Program-made: the position numbers and the translations under genes
In this document: piece by piece, positions 52,091 to 64,000 of the stretch
Numbering within the stretch: position 1 is the stretch's first letter
How the letters are laid out: each line of letters starts with the position of its first letter
Notes under the pieces: model-generated
Seen by the model: only the letters and a program-made list of their open reading frames with translations
Told to the model about the DNA's origin: nothing
Databases searched by the model: none
Assembly: GCA_000934665.2 (NCBI GenBank)
Contig: KZ538193.1
Span: forward strand, 124,001 to 188,000
DNA length: 64,000 nt
Source: Catajapyx aquilonaris
Lineage: Eukaryota
Direction: 5' to 3'

Positions 52091-55000
52091 ACACTACCAG
52101 TATATTTGTCTAGGATTTTATAGGAGGGAACGGTACTTTTGCAAGTCTGCATCTATCGCAGAAAATATTTAAACATCACTGTCAGTGTATATTTTGCATT
52201 ATTCGGATGGTAGGACTATACATACAGTAGGCCTATGTTATTGAACAAGTGCGCATTGCAGCTGTTGTAACAGCGGAGATATTCCCTTTTTTTCATAACT
52301 TAATGAATAATACACTGGATTTCCGCATGATTACGACCAGAAACTGGAAATTTCATACATCAAAATCGGTTTATACTATGCGTATTCGGATTGCGTTATT
52401 TCAAAGGTGAAGGTTTAAAACCTTCTCTCAACATAATTATATTATCATTATATTTTAATGTGCTCATTCTAGCGAGACCGACAATGAATATTTATGTTTA
52501 AAAGAAAAAACGATGACGGTTTACTTGAAAAGCACGAACGCAGCTATAGTGTTTCTCTGGCCACAGGCACAGAAAAATGCGAGCGAAGTGAGGGTTTCCC
52601 TAGTGAAAGTTTATCTCTGCAATTATGTAATCCAAATAGTAATTATGACACCTTCATCTTAAAATGCTATTTTTTGCAAGGGCTTTGATGTTGGAATACC
52701 ATAATTGTGCGAGTGCTACAGACGCACGGATATTTACTCGACTGAGTTTCTGCCGTCTGGCTTATTTCGGATGTGAACTATTGATTTGATATTATTATAC
52801 GCACCGAAGGTATTTTTATCTCCTTTTGCTGACTGTACAGTTACGCTCGTGCAAAAATGGGACGTCCCCGGCTGCTCTCAGATATTTTCTTCCTTCGTCA
52901 TAATTTAATGCGGTATATGACTACACTAATTGCCCTTGATAATTTTCAACCCTGTCATTCTTAACGGATGAATGCGCAATATTGCTGGCAGCTACAATCC
53001 TGATCGATAGCATTGTATTTACGCAATAACATTCTGCCAATTAGCACGCACTATCACTTTGTTGCAACACTAAACCACATTGTCAGGGTGGCTTGGACCC
53101 CAACTCATTTTTTATGGCTCTTCAACCTCTGTCTCGGGGAATCCTAGAAATATTTTGAGGGTAACGGATTTTTAGGTGGAAAATTATAGCCTCTCCGGCG
53201 CACTTTTGATGAATGTTTTAAGCGTTTCGGTGCAAATTTAATGGCTCCGGATTAAGGTCGCCAACCCCTAGCTTCCTGTATAGAGTAATCCAGTATCGCG
53301 CGTCCAGTTTTGCAGACCTCTGGTCTAAAGAAGTATAGTGTTTCGCTGGCTCGGTCATCGCCAGACCAGAAGTCCAGACCATTATTTTGTCCTCCCACTA
53401 AAATCGATGGCTTCTGAGTGCCATTGTTCCGCTTTTGACCGAAGATGGAAGATATAGTAGGCTACACCGCACTGCCCTGGTGTAACTGTAGCTCATGGCC
53501 GATATGTCCTCCATTTGTAAGTAATATCGAGGGAGCAACACGAAGGTTGGCATGGGAACCGAAGCTTTCCAGAGAGGATGCTAAAAGGATATTTCTGGTG
53601 AAAGAGTGGGGAGTAAAATTATCCGGAGGAAAAAGAGATGTTCATTGACCCGAATCCTCTCTCCATCCTCAGTGTTTGGTTCAGCTAATCTTCCAGGGAG
53701 GATTTCCAAAAGGGCTGAATTAGACGGGAAAAAAAATCATTTCCAACAAGAGTCGTACCGCAACGCCATTTCCAGACTGCCTGGAAATCAAAAAGAGTAT
53801 TACAAAAAAAAGGGAAAGGAAGGAAGAGTCTGGAGCTGGATATGAAAGATCTTCCTTCCTATAGGGGGCGAACTTTACAATGTTGGGTGCAGACTATACG
53901 AGCCTAAAGCACCTGCTGCCTCCCAATTTCGCGTAGACTCATCTCAAGGTAAGGAAAGTGCCAAGTTGGAGATGACAGATCGAGTTATTAACTCTCTATT
54001 GGCGAACCTGTCAGTCCCTGCGGAATTACAAGCCACAAACCTGATGAGTCTAATAAACATGTCTCGGGAATATCAAATTATTTTGGGGGGAAAAATATTG
54101 TTGGAAATATTTGGGCATTTTCCATCTTCCACCGACCTACTCCAAAAAATAGGGGTATAATTTTTTAGGGCTATAATGATGCGGAATCATACGGGCGTAA
54201 TGGTTAAACTGTGTCGGGCCGCACGTAATGGAGCGTTCAATATGTGCCACTTTCGAGGGGGCGGGTTGATGTGGTGGTGGGGTGACCTGCCAATTATGAT
54301 TGGCTGCTATTTTGACAGTTCCTGAAAATTCATGTTCACGAAAATTGTTGACCGCGTCATGATAGCTTTATTAGTTTGCTACCAAAAAAAAAAAAAAAAT
54401 TGGGGCCACACGCATGTCACAAACTGTTGGTTCATATCCATCCATACAAAGTAATGAAATCAACGTAGTCCCTGAACTTGTGAATGAACCCGGGTCAAGT
54501 GTGGCACGTTATACGCCCAAGGCCGTTTTGTGTGTGGATGGGGTGTATTGTGGGAGAGAGACGCAAGCCACCCACGTATAGTCACAGAGACCCCAGCCTC
54601 CCGAGGCTTCTATAATCAGATTGAAAAGGGGCCTGCTGCACTGGGAGGAAAATGGAAGCTCGGCAATGAAATTTAGCTGCCGACAGTGAACAGGTTCTAT
54701 ATTAGGACGGAGGATAAATTAATATATCGCAGTGGTCTTGTGGGGAAATAACCACTGGAGAATTTGGAGCTGGGAAAAAGAGATAGTCACTTTTGTTTCG
54801 GTATACAAACGGAAAAGGTTCTGAGCGCTTCTTTAAATAATTTGATTTTTTTTTACAAGTTGCCAGCATTTCAAAGGCATGCATATGAAAGACTAGCAGG
54901 GGACCGGTTCTTCGCACGGGGATTCTGGAGTGCCATCTGTGGTGGGAGTGAAATTGCAGCAGATTAATACCAGACTTTGTACCGTAAAAAGACTCAAAAA

Positions 55001-55388
55001 ACAATAATAACTTTTGGGTATTTAAACACAAAACGGACTTTTCCCTGAATCATCAGCACAGTGCTAAGTTTCAGCTACATCAGAGGTGTGGAAGTGGGTT
55101 AGGTAGCCGAGACATACAAACAGAGAAACTTTCTGCTTTATGTACGAAATTGCAGTCAATAACCTTATTGTGGAAAAACTATGGGACATTCAATAACGCT
55201 GATTGGCAAGTAAAACCTTTAAACCTTAAAGAAAAATATGCGCATGCTCATCTGCGGCTAGAAGGAGTAGGCGTCGCATTACGTGTAGTAATTACGTGAT
55301 CAAAAGGGAAGTGACCCGCGGAATACGCGCGACCAAGCGCAATGCATGCATATTGCGAGAGAATGCCACGATAATTCCCGCCCACACA

Positions 55389-55645
55389 CAGCAAATTTCA
55401 TCAAAGATCTTGCGCGTAAAGTGAAGCGGAAGTCCTCTGCCATTCACCCACTTATTGAGTACGTCAGTACCGACCTGTAAGTTCCTGTTGCGGATATGGT
55501 TCAACGAACAACCCAAAGATTTCTATGAGCAGGCCATTGGATGCCTAATGTCTCAGTGGGATAGATGTCTAAATTATCACAGGGAATACTTTTGAAAAAA
55601 GTCACATTGATATTATAGCCTCAGCCCGTTTTTTATTGACTGGAT
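55389..55645 (+). mobile_element. Mariner 3' relic preceded by a dispersed repeat also present at 23219-23281
   Basis: WFNEQPKDFYEQAIGCLMSQWDRCLNYHREYF* resembles a mariner transposase C-terminus. The block aaagtgaagcggaagtcctctgcc is shared with about 23247-23270. Confidence 0.6.
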
Positions 55646-58600
55646 GGCGCTTTGGGTTGCTTCCTTTCAGATCACGTGATGCTCCCTCCAGCCGAACATG
55701 CGCATGCGCATAAGTGTCTTTAACATCCGTGCCAATCGGCGTCATTGCATATTTTCTCCACAATAAATACAGCTCGTTATTTACTGACTTCACCTAATTT
55801 TAAAATATTTGTTCAGTTGTTGAATGGCGACTGTTATGCGTCATTGTTTAATTATTGCGAAATATTTTCTCTTACAGTATAAATGGGAGAGTTTTTCTGT
55901 GTGTTTGTATGTCCAGGTTGTCTAACGCACATCCGGACTACTGAAAGTGCTGAAACTTTGCACACTCACGGTTTAGGTGCCTCTGATTGAGGGAAAAGTC
56001 CGAAACCCAATATTTTTTTAGTATAAGCCCGAAAGATGTACGATTCTTGAATTTTGGGGGTTCTGGTTTGCCCGAATATGTAAAAAAAAAGTCTCATGAG
56101 GTTAATAACTGGGAATCCAATGGGCAGAGGTGCAATTCTGCAGGTAATACCAGCCGCTGCTAATTCAGGAAACGTACAGTGAGTGATTAGCTTCTGGTCT
56201 CGTCGAAAAGCAATCGGTGCACTCTTCTCCGAGAGTTTAATCACTGGACCCGGGGTTTTGATGCTGGTGCAAAAAAGAGCAACAGTTTTTCGGGGGGCGG
56301 CATCACTTTGAAACTAGGGCTTGAAATGAGTCTCCCGCAAACCACATCTGGAGCAAGTCTTGGAAACGTTCCGACGGTGCCATCGATCTATCTCAAGAAA
56401 CTCGCAGCTTTTCAAAGACACTGGGAGGGAAAAGCTAATTGATAAAACTCAAACGCCCTGGCAAAAGTCGACTTCCCAGCAGGGTCTTATCGATTGCCAC
56501 GTCACCTCGAACTCAACGAAAATCATCAGAATGCAATATGGAATCCGGGTTCCGGAGCCCTTCTTCCATCTGGAATGCTCCGCTTGGACTGATAGAATTA
56601 ATCAGCATTATATACCGGGGTTTTTTCCAGCTGAAGAATGCTATTGGGTCTTACAGTATAAAAGGGCTGTGGAAAAGTGGAACTTGGACTTTTTTTGTAT
56701 CCTGACAGGCGGACAACCCTAATTGCTCTTCTGAGTCAAAAGTTGCCTAACAGTGAAGGATAAAACTGGAGCAGAGTAAACTTTAAGATTTACAAAAAGC
56801 ACTGCGATCTTGTCCACTTTTGGATAAATGATAATATAATCAATTGATCTTAAACTGTACTTTTGAATATACATAATAATATTCTATGAAGAAAATTATG
56901 CAAGTGTTGAAAATTAAAAAAAATTAATTTTTGGAGGTATATTAGTTAAAAATGATACCGTCGTTGCAGGTAATAGTGGTTCAATATTCGCTAAATTTAT
57001 TCTGTAAGTGATCAGCACTGTTTTGGTCAATGCGACGAATTTATAGGATGGGCATTGTTTACAGGGCATGGGCATAATGCTGCATGATGTGGGATTTGAG
57101 TGCACCTGTACTGTACATTAAGTATGGGTTGTTAATGGCAGCTTATATACATTAGCATGCAATGTTTAAGCTCTGTGTAAATTTAATAAACTCTACTGAA
57201 GAGAATAATTGACATCCGAGCGGGATTTTTTGATGCATTGTGGAAGATGATACACACAACATGCATGAGGTATTTTTTTTTTTTGCCTGTGCCTCACATA
57301 CAATGCATGATTGTGTATAGCTTCAAGGGTTGCGTTGTGCCTCACTGCGCCACATATCACATGCAGTGTCTGCATGAGGTAAAAATAAATGTTCTTATCC
57401 AACTTTTCTGACGTCAGACGTTTGAGAGATATAATTCGGCCAATGCAGATGATATATATGTATAAATATACATCAGCTTGCAGTTCAAAATTAGTTGCTA
57501 TATTCATATGATGAAAGGTTATAAATAATGCATCAACTCTTTGCCCAATATTGTTCAGAATATTTTATATACTGTAAATTGCAGGGCACCCGGCAGGCTT
57601 TTATTCGTCCAACAAATAGCATTATATTTCATTTGGTCCGTCATATTGCAGTAGTGACCTACTCTGTCGTACGTACATTTTTTGTGTGTCGCAGCATCGA
57701 ATCGAAACAGTTGCAACCTGAGCCCCAGCTGCAGATTCTGCTCAACTTATCAAGGTTGATAAATCGGATTCTTTGTGGTGAAATATTCTGAGCCAGTGAC
57801 TGCTCCTTTCGTGGGGTGGAACCGATCCTCCTTTGCACTTTTAGTGTCAGAACGCACGATCGCACCCATTCAACGGATCAGATAATACGTATTCTTTCTG
57901 CAAGGGCTCGAAAGGCAACCCTCCTTTTTTCCAGTCGGTTGGGTGGAGACTGCACGGAAGAAAGTCGTCCCAGTTATTTTTTTTTCTCTCTCTCTTCTTC
58001 CTTTTCTTTCTATTTTTTGAAACCCGCCCTTCATGGATGCCATTTAGACCAGAAAGCAAACATTGCACTTTATGGTTTCATTCTTCACACCAAACACGGA
58101 ACGAATTCCGGTCCTATGGAATTAGGCGTGTCAGCAAAGACAATACTGAGGCTTCCAGAGAAGTAGCGAAGCCTTGATTTATGGTCGAGCTACCTTTAAG
58201 CGAAAGCCAGCAGTTGTGCAACGTATGTACTACCACGCAGTATGATCCGACATCGTGGAAACTGCAAATCGGATTTAATGAATATGTACCGGTATCGATC
58301 AAGGTTGTCCTGTAAATAGTGGTCATGACTTTTGTGGGAGGTCTTAAGTCATGTGAAGGTCGTCACAGCAGTATCTCTTACGTAAGATTGGTATATTGCA
58401 TTAGGGTAGATTGAAGTTAAAGATGGGATTCGTATGCGACGACACGGACGAAGACAAGTCTCGAATTAATTTCTATGAACACGTCTCGAAAAAAGAAGTT
58501 GCACTTTTTAATATAAAAAATTAAGTTGTTTCCGCGAGGTAATGACTGGGATTGTACGATGCTGTATTGCAGGATCGAAATGTCTCGCAGGAAAAACCTA

Positions 58601-60023
58601 AACACGTATCAAACTTGAGCACGTACAGTGCAAAAACCAGGCTATAGTTTTAGAGAAAAAGGAGTGTAGAAAATAACTTGATCCTGAAGTTATTCCGTTG
58701 GAAAAAGCCAGTGTTCATTTCTTATCTCTTTATCCGATTGTTGGATTGGTATAGCTGGACTTGTGTGTACATTTGGAAACGTCAATCCTTCAGAGAGCGG
58801 AGATGAAAAGCTGGCCACAAACCGGTGATTGTCCTAAATATAGTCTGGCGCTCTGCTGGACGAGCAATGAAAATTCTAATTCTCCGAGCCCTCAGGAAGA
58901 CAGTTTTGCTGAAAATTTTTGTGCGAGTAATTTACTCTAAGCGTATATAGTGAAGACCATAATGACACAGTTTATTAACTCTGCTAATTCGATTTTCTCC
59001 CCTTTCCCTTCCAGTAAAGAAAGCACGTTTCGTAGGAGTTCAAGGTAAGCACTCCATCGCCTTCTGTGCGTGAGTATAGTAGTTTAGTCTATGAGTACTG
59101 CACGAGCCATAAATTCTTACAGTGAGGTATTTTTCCACATCACGCTTTTTTGCTCTACGGAAGCTAGAAGCATTGGGAAAAATGCCAAGTCAATTTTTTT
59201 AAGCAGATAGCCTATAGGGAGGAGAGGAGCAGTTAGATAACTGAGCAATAATGTAATTGTCGTACATGATCACTCCCGTCTGCAAATAGCAATCATCTGA
59301 AAAGGGGCAAAATGGAAGTAAAAGACGGGATTAAAAACTGACGCAGTGTTTGCCCACGGTGGAATTTTTTTGGGGGACAATTTTAAGTAGCATTAATGTA
59401 ATGATTTTGTTATTCGAAACTAGGAGGAATTGTCGAAGTGTTGACCAGAAATCCCTATTATCTAAAGTTATTGGAAGCAAGATAATAACCATCATGTGCA
59501 TACAACAAGTGGGGTAATTTTTTTGTACCTAGAAGAGAAATTGCGGTAATAGACGTTAATTAGTGAGAAAATCGATGCTCTCTCGCAAGCAACCATTAAT
59601 AATGTACTGTACAAGATAAGGTTCAAGCGTTGATTTTCTGCACAGAACTGTTCCTCTCCTCTGCTTAAAAATAAGTAGATCCTCAGTTACAGGTTTACAA
59701 GGAATAGCGGCTGCTTATGATTTTGCTAAATATAGTTCTTACTGTGAATGAAGTGTGTATGAAATAATCCTCAATAAATTGATCTACACTGTCTTATTGC
59801 CTTCTTAACTAGCTGTCTAGGGTTCTACAACATCTAAAGCTGCCATTGAATTAATTTGAACCCCGAGAAGCGCCAAAGAAAGCCAAAAAAAGTACAATAC
59901 AATTTAAAATCTTTTGATGTATGATCTTTGGTAATTTTGTAATCAGATAACTGTTCATATCAATTCAGGAATATTCTGCAGAATGTGTCTTCATTATTCA
60001 TATGAGCGTAAGAAACTGGTGTG

Positions 60024-60024
<1 letters not shown>

Positions 60025-60110
<86 letters not shown>
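60025..60110. repeat. Compound (TAT)n(TAG)n microsatellite
   Basis: Read directly from the sequence. Confidence 0.98.
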
Positions 60111-60111
<1 letters not shown>

Positions 60112-63100
60112 TCAGCGTACTTAATTGCCAATTGATGGTACTGTACATGATGTGCATGTGACACTGTATAACCTGATGGAATACAGTGCTTATACGAGGC
60201 TACAGGTTAACAGCTTCGACAAACCGTTTGCCAGTAATATTGGTCGTAAATCGTGATGTAGCCCTCTTGAATGTTTCTTATTGCCGTTTGAGGAGTCTTA
60301 TGAAGAATGGTGGTTCTAATAGTGCCCTATTTCACCAGCCCCATATATCTTTAGTGCTGTTGGCGATAATAAGTCTCATTATAAGCAGGACTGCTGGTAC
60401 ACATATTATTTTAATGTTATTTTAAATGTTGGAAAACTGTACCCAGTGTTCGTACTTTGTGAAAAAAACATCCGCTACACTACTTGTAATTATTAGTGTA
60501 TCATGTCTTGTTCTCAGGATTTGACCCACATAAACATCATTTATAAAATTATACTAGCCGACTTTATAGTGGGAGACTACCATGTTTGACTGGTCAGTTC
60601 TCATGGGTTTTAGAGCCTGAAGATTGTCTCTTGTCTCAAGCTTCAACCTCATGGGTTAGGTGCCTATTAGGTTGCCTTCAAGTCTATACTTGTACATGCA
60701 ATGCAAATTTTGACCAGAGAGTAAGGAAACTATCCTGAGAACAGAACACCCGGTTACAGTAATACAACTGTTGTTTTCAGATTGTTGGGCACTTGGAAAA
60801 GAAGAGTTGACAGTTTACATGAATAATTGATAATGAAGGTGGCTAGTCCGCACCAATTTCTCTGACATAACAAGGACTATTTTTCCGCCTGTACAACCCA
60901 GCTTTCCTGACTGTTCTAGTTATTTTCACTGCCAGCCTGCGTCTGTTCTTCCATCAAATATTGACTCTCACCTGGGCCAGAGCAGTTTTCACCTGTAGCG
61001 TTTCAAAATCCTGTGCATGTTAAGGTGGAAAAAATGGTGCAGGTATAACCTAGTTGTTCCAGTAAAACCGATTTTCCGGGCTGCTGGGCTGGGCTGGCTG
61101 GCACCGTCCCCCAAGGTCCTGCTTATCTGACACCGCAGGATTTTTGTTGTCGTCGGCATAGCATGCCCCGGAAGCCCAGGTCTTTACCGGAACTGAGAGA
61201 GAAGATCACAGAGAGAAAGTCTCTTGTAATTTCTGCCGACTCGTGTGCAGTGTGACCCACAGTAACAAAAGCTATCCGGATTATTTCTGGAGGCTCTCAC
61301 CTTTTATTCGGTACTACATGGCCCACCTGTGGGTTGGAATCTGCGATACAGCAAGTAGAATCAGTGGTTATGAGGCAAAAACAATGATAACGGCGATGCA
61401 TATCAAAGCCAGTGCAGTCATACATTTTTCAGTTACGTAACTGGCATTACTAAGTATCCCCCGTGAAAATATTACGCACGTAGGCTTACCCTCCAGCCTA
61501 AAAGCTCTACTGCAATGCGTACTGGAATGTAATTATTATAGAACTACTTGCTGCAACTTACATCCGCTGTTATCCTTATGCGGAATATTCTGAGACCTCG
61601 TTGCATTTGAGCTGCAATCTGGCTGCAATGCTAATAATAGTGATATATCTAAACGGGTTACTAGGCATTCATTGTAACATAGGTCTAACGTTCTAGTCTG
61701 TTTAATATTTGAACGCTTTCTAGGGCTCGGTACTGGGCCCCGGTAAATTTAACGGTGAGTTTAGTATTGATCAGAAATTAGGCTCTATAATTAAATGCCG
61801 GAGGCTGCTTCGTTTGTGTGGTCTTTGCAGCCAGCAGCTTCCCTTTAAAATGTAATGCATGTGTGCTTTACCTGCACCTGTGTACCTGAAAATGATGTGC
61901 TGGGGCTGGCCTACAGTGTAGTTTTCTGCCAGTCAACGTTGCACATCTTTGGCACAAGCAGATTAGATATTTATCAGAGGATATGATGTGTATTATTATC
62001 ATCAGGCGACTGTCATAAGTAATCTCTCGGTAAGAATTATTATTCAAGGGCATAATTATACCATATAAAAAGCGAAGACTGAGTTCCTCCATTTTTGATG
62101 ACTGAAATATTGTCAAAATTTATTTTATAACATTAAATATACCGGTACTGGTATTATAAGCGGAAGTTGTGCATTGTCGGGAAGTTTTCCGCCCCTTATC
62201 ACACATTCAGCAAGTGACTCAGTTTCTTCTGTCAAAAACTCAACTTACGAAAATATGGGTATGAGAATTGCGACATGGAAGAATTATCGGCTTCCAACGG
62301 CCACAAAAATGCATAACGTGTGCGGTAATTTATTATTGTTCGCTGCTGGGAGACTGCATCGTACAGTTCGAATGACGTGAATTCAGAGTTTGCAGTGCTG
62401 GTTGCCTAGACTACGATCTCTCAGATTTATTCAGGATTATCCCGCAGCCAACGTTGCATATTAGCCCTAAATTATTGCAATGCAGACTATTTGAACCCCA
62501 AGCACCATGTAAAGTAATCATAAATGAATGGGTCTTCTTCCTTCTGCAAAGATTAATCAACAGGTAGTCCTTACCATGAAATTATGCGAGAAACCTTATG
62601 AGAGAACCAGGCTGCTAGTATAGTGATTAGCATAAAAAGGGAAGACACCCACACCTATATCTTTACACCTTACAGAGAGTATCCTTCACAATAGATACTA
62701 TGAGGGTTCAAACCCGGAATAGATTCTCTCAATGCCTCAGCTTGGTCGCCTGGATAATAACCATGACAACCACGGATGCGAAACAGGCTGCTTTAGTCGT
62801 GTCTATTACTTCCTAGAAAGACAGCCTTTGATTAATTCAATCTCCGATCAAACATTCATTTCTGTCTTATCATAACAGGAATCAAACTATAAGTATATAG
62901 GTGTACTATGGAAGAGATTAATTCGCATATTTTGGTCGGAAGCAGCTTAATCTTAATATGACTCGCTGTTATTTGCTCTATAGGTCCGAGAAGGGTGTTA
63001 TTGGGGACAGATGCCTTTAAAATTGTGGGGACTTGAAGGGTGGGCCTAAATCCCCAACGATGAGAGTTCCTGCGGCACTTAATAAAGGTGGGCAGTGAGT

Positions 63101-64000
63101 GAGTCCCCTGTGAGGAGAATCCCCCCTCCTTTTCCAAGCAGGGCGTCGTCTGTGGGATAAGCGTTACGGGGTATAACATTTCGGCCCACACGCTTTACGA
63201 CCGTAATTAAGCGGCAGTTAAGAGGACGCCAACATTGTCGCAAGGTCGACAGAGTCGTTTGGGGGAGACCACTACTCGATCCAGGTTTTAGGTGATATTG
63301 AATATTAAGTATAATTATGGATCAAGGAGTGGTTTTTTTAAAGTGTCGGGGATTCTTTTGTACGCAAGGCGTCTCTTATAAGAAAGAAGGATCCGGATGT
63401 CTTTTTTATGTGCGGTGACACATGTCATTTCCTCTTCATTGGCCTGTCCTGGCGATAATTTGACGCCTCGTTTGACATGATCAGTCGCAACCGTCATCTT
63501 CTTCCTACGTAATAATGACGTCGCATCCGCACAGCCCAAACTTGTGTTGTTTCCGGAATCCACAAGCTTTGAGAAAGCGGTTCGCATAACAATGTATACA
63601 GGGTGTATGGCAATCAAACGAAATGTCTGGAGACAACTCAATGCCTGCCAGTTATTTACGATACACCCTGTAGACCGGATTGCAAATGCAAGGCAAGGTT
63701 TGAAGGCTTCTTTTGGTTGTCCCCGAGAACTCTTAGCATTCAGCCCGACGTTTCACTTTGCAGTCGTTCATGCTTTCCCAGAATAGTCGTGGCGCTTAAC
63801 AAGCCCAACATTGTGTGGAGATGATGGTCTTGAGCCTGAGGAGGAAATGCGGGGAATCCTTCTCTCTCTCTTCATCTCTTTCCTTTTCTAATCGATAGTT
63901 TGTGTACTGCTTCCGGGGCGTGAAGTGATTTATATCCGATCGGGGCTGATCAGAAGAGCGTTGTAGGAAACGGTTCGGGTATAACCACTCCCTGAGGACA

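Noticed and set aside
55060..55965. Helentron/DINE-like repeats near 55060-55142 and 55895-55965 (and 26325-26395)
   Set aside because: Only a loose resemblance; boundaries could not be defined without a repeat library.
37000..64000. Numerous short ORFs (e.g. 39500-39955, 47608-47847, 56360-56722, 63315-63641)
   Set aside because: No recognisable domains, AT-rich homopolymer composition, and no phase-consistent exon chains.

Overview
This is an animal genomic window, probably from an arthropod-like protostome, with GT-AG introns as short as about 55 bp and one N gap. From left to right it contains: the last three coding exons of the PRD-class homeobox gene orthopedia (otp; homeodomain helix 3 and C-terminal OAR motif); a compact 4-exon acidic gene I cannot assign to a family; intact NOL6/Utp22 (6 exons, about 1138 aa); a rearranged block of about 8 kb; intact AMACR (minus strand); and RBM8A/Y14, head-to-head with AMACR. 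The rearranged block holds an AMACR 3' remnant, a RhoGAP exon fragment, a BTB-Kelch pseudogene disrupted by three fold-back inverted duplications, and a split NOL6 pseudogene with an apparently intact but divergent THG1L inside it. I recognise no coding exon in about 37-64 kb, which carries transposon relics and hairpins. Three points stand out. (1) An ancestral NOL6/AMACR tail-to-tail pair with no intergenic bases appears to have been separated by tandem duplication and reciprocal gene loss. (2) The Thg1 3'-5' polymerase keeps its catalytic residues but has changes at tRNA-His recognition positions (K187Q equivalent; HINNLYN to HISNQYN). (3) Palindromes with arms of about 33-49 bp recur, and those in the kelch gene are built from adjacent sequence. 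All homology calls rest on recalled motifs; no search was run.
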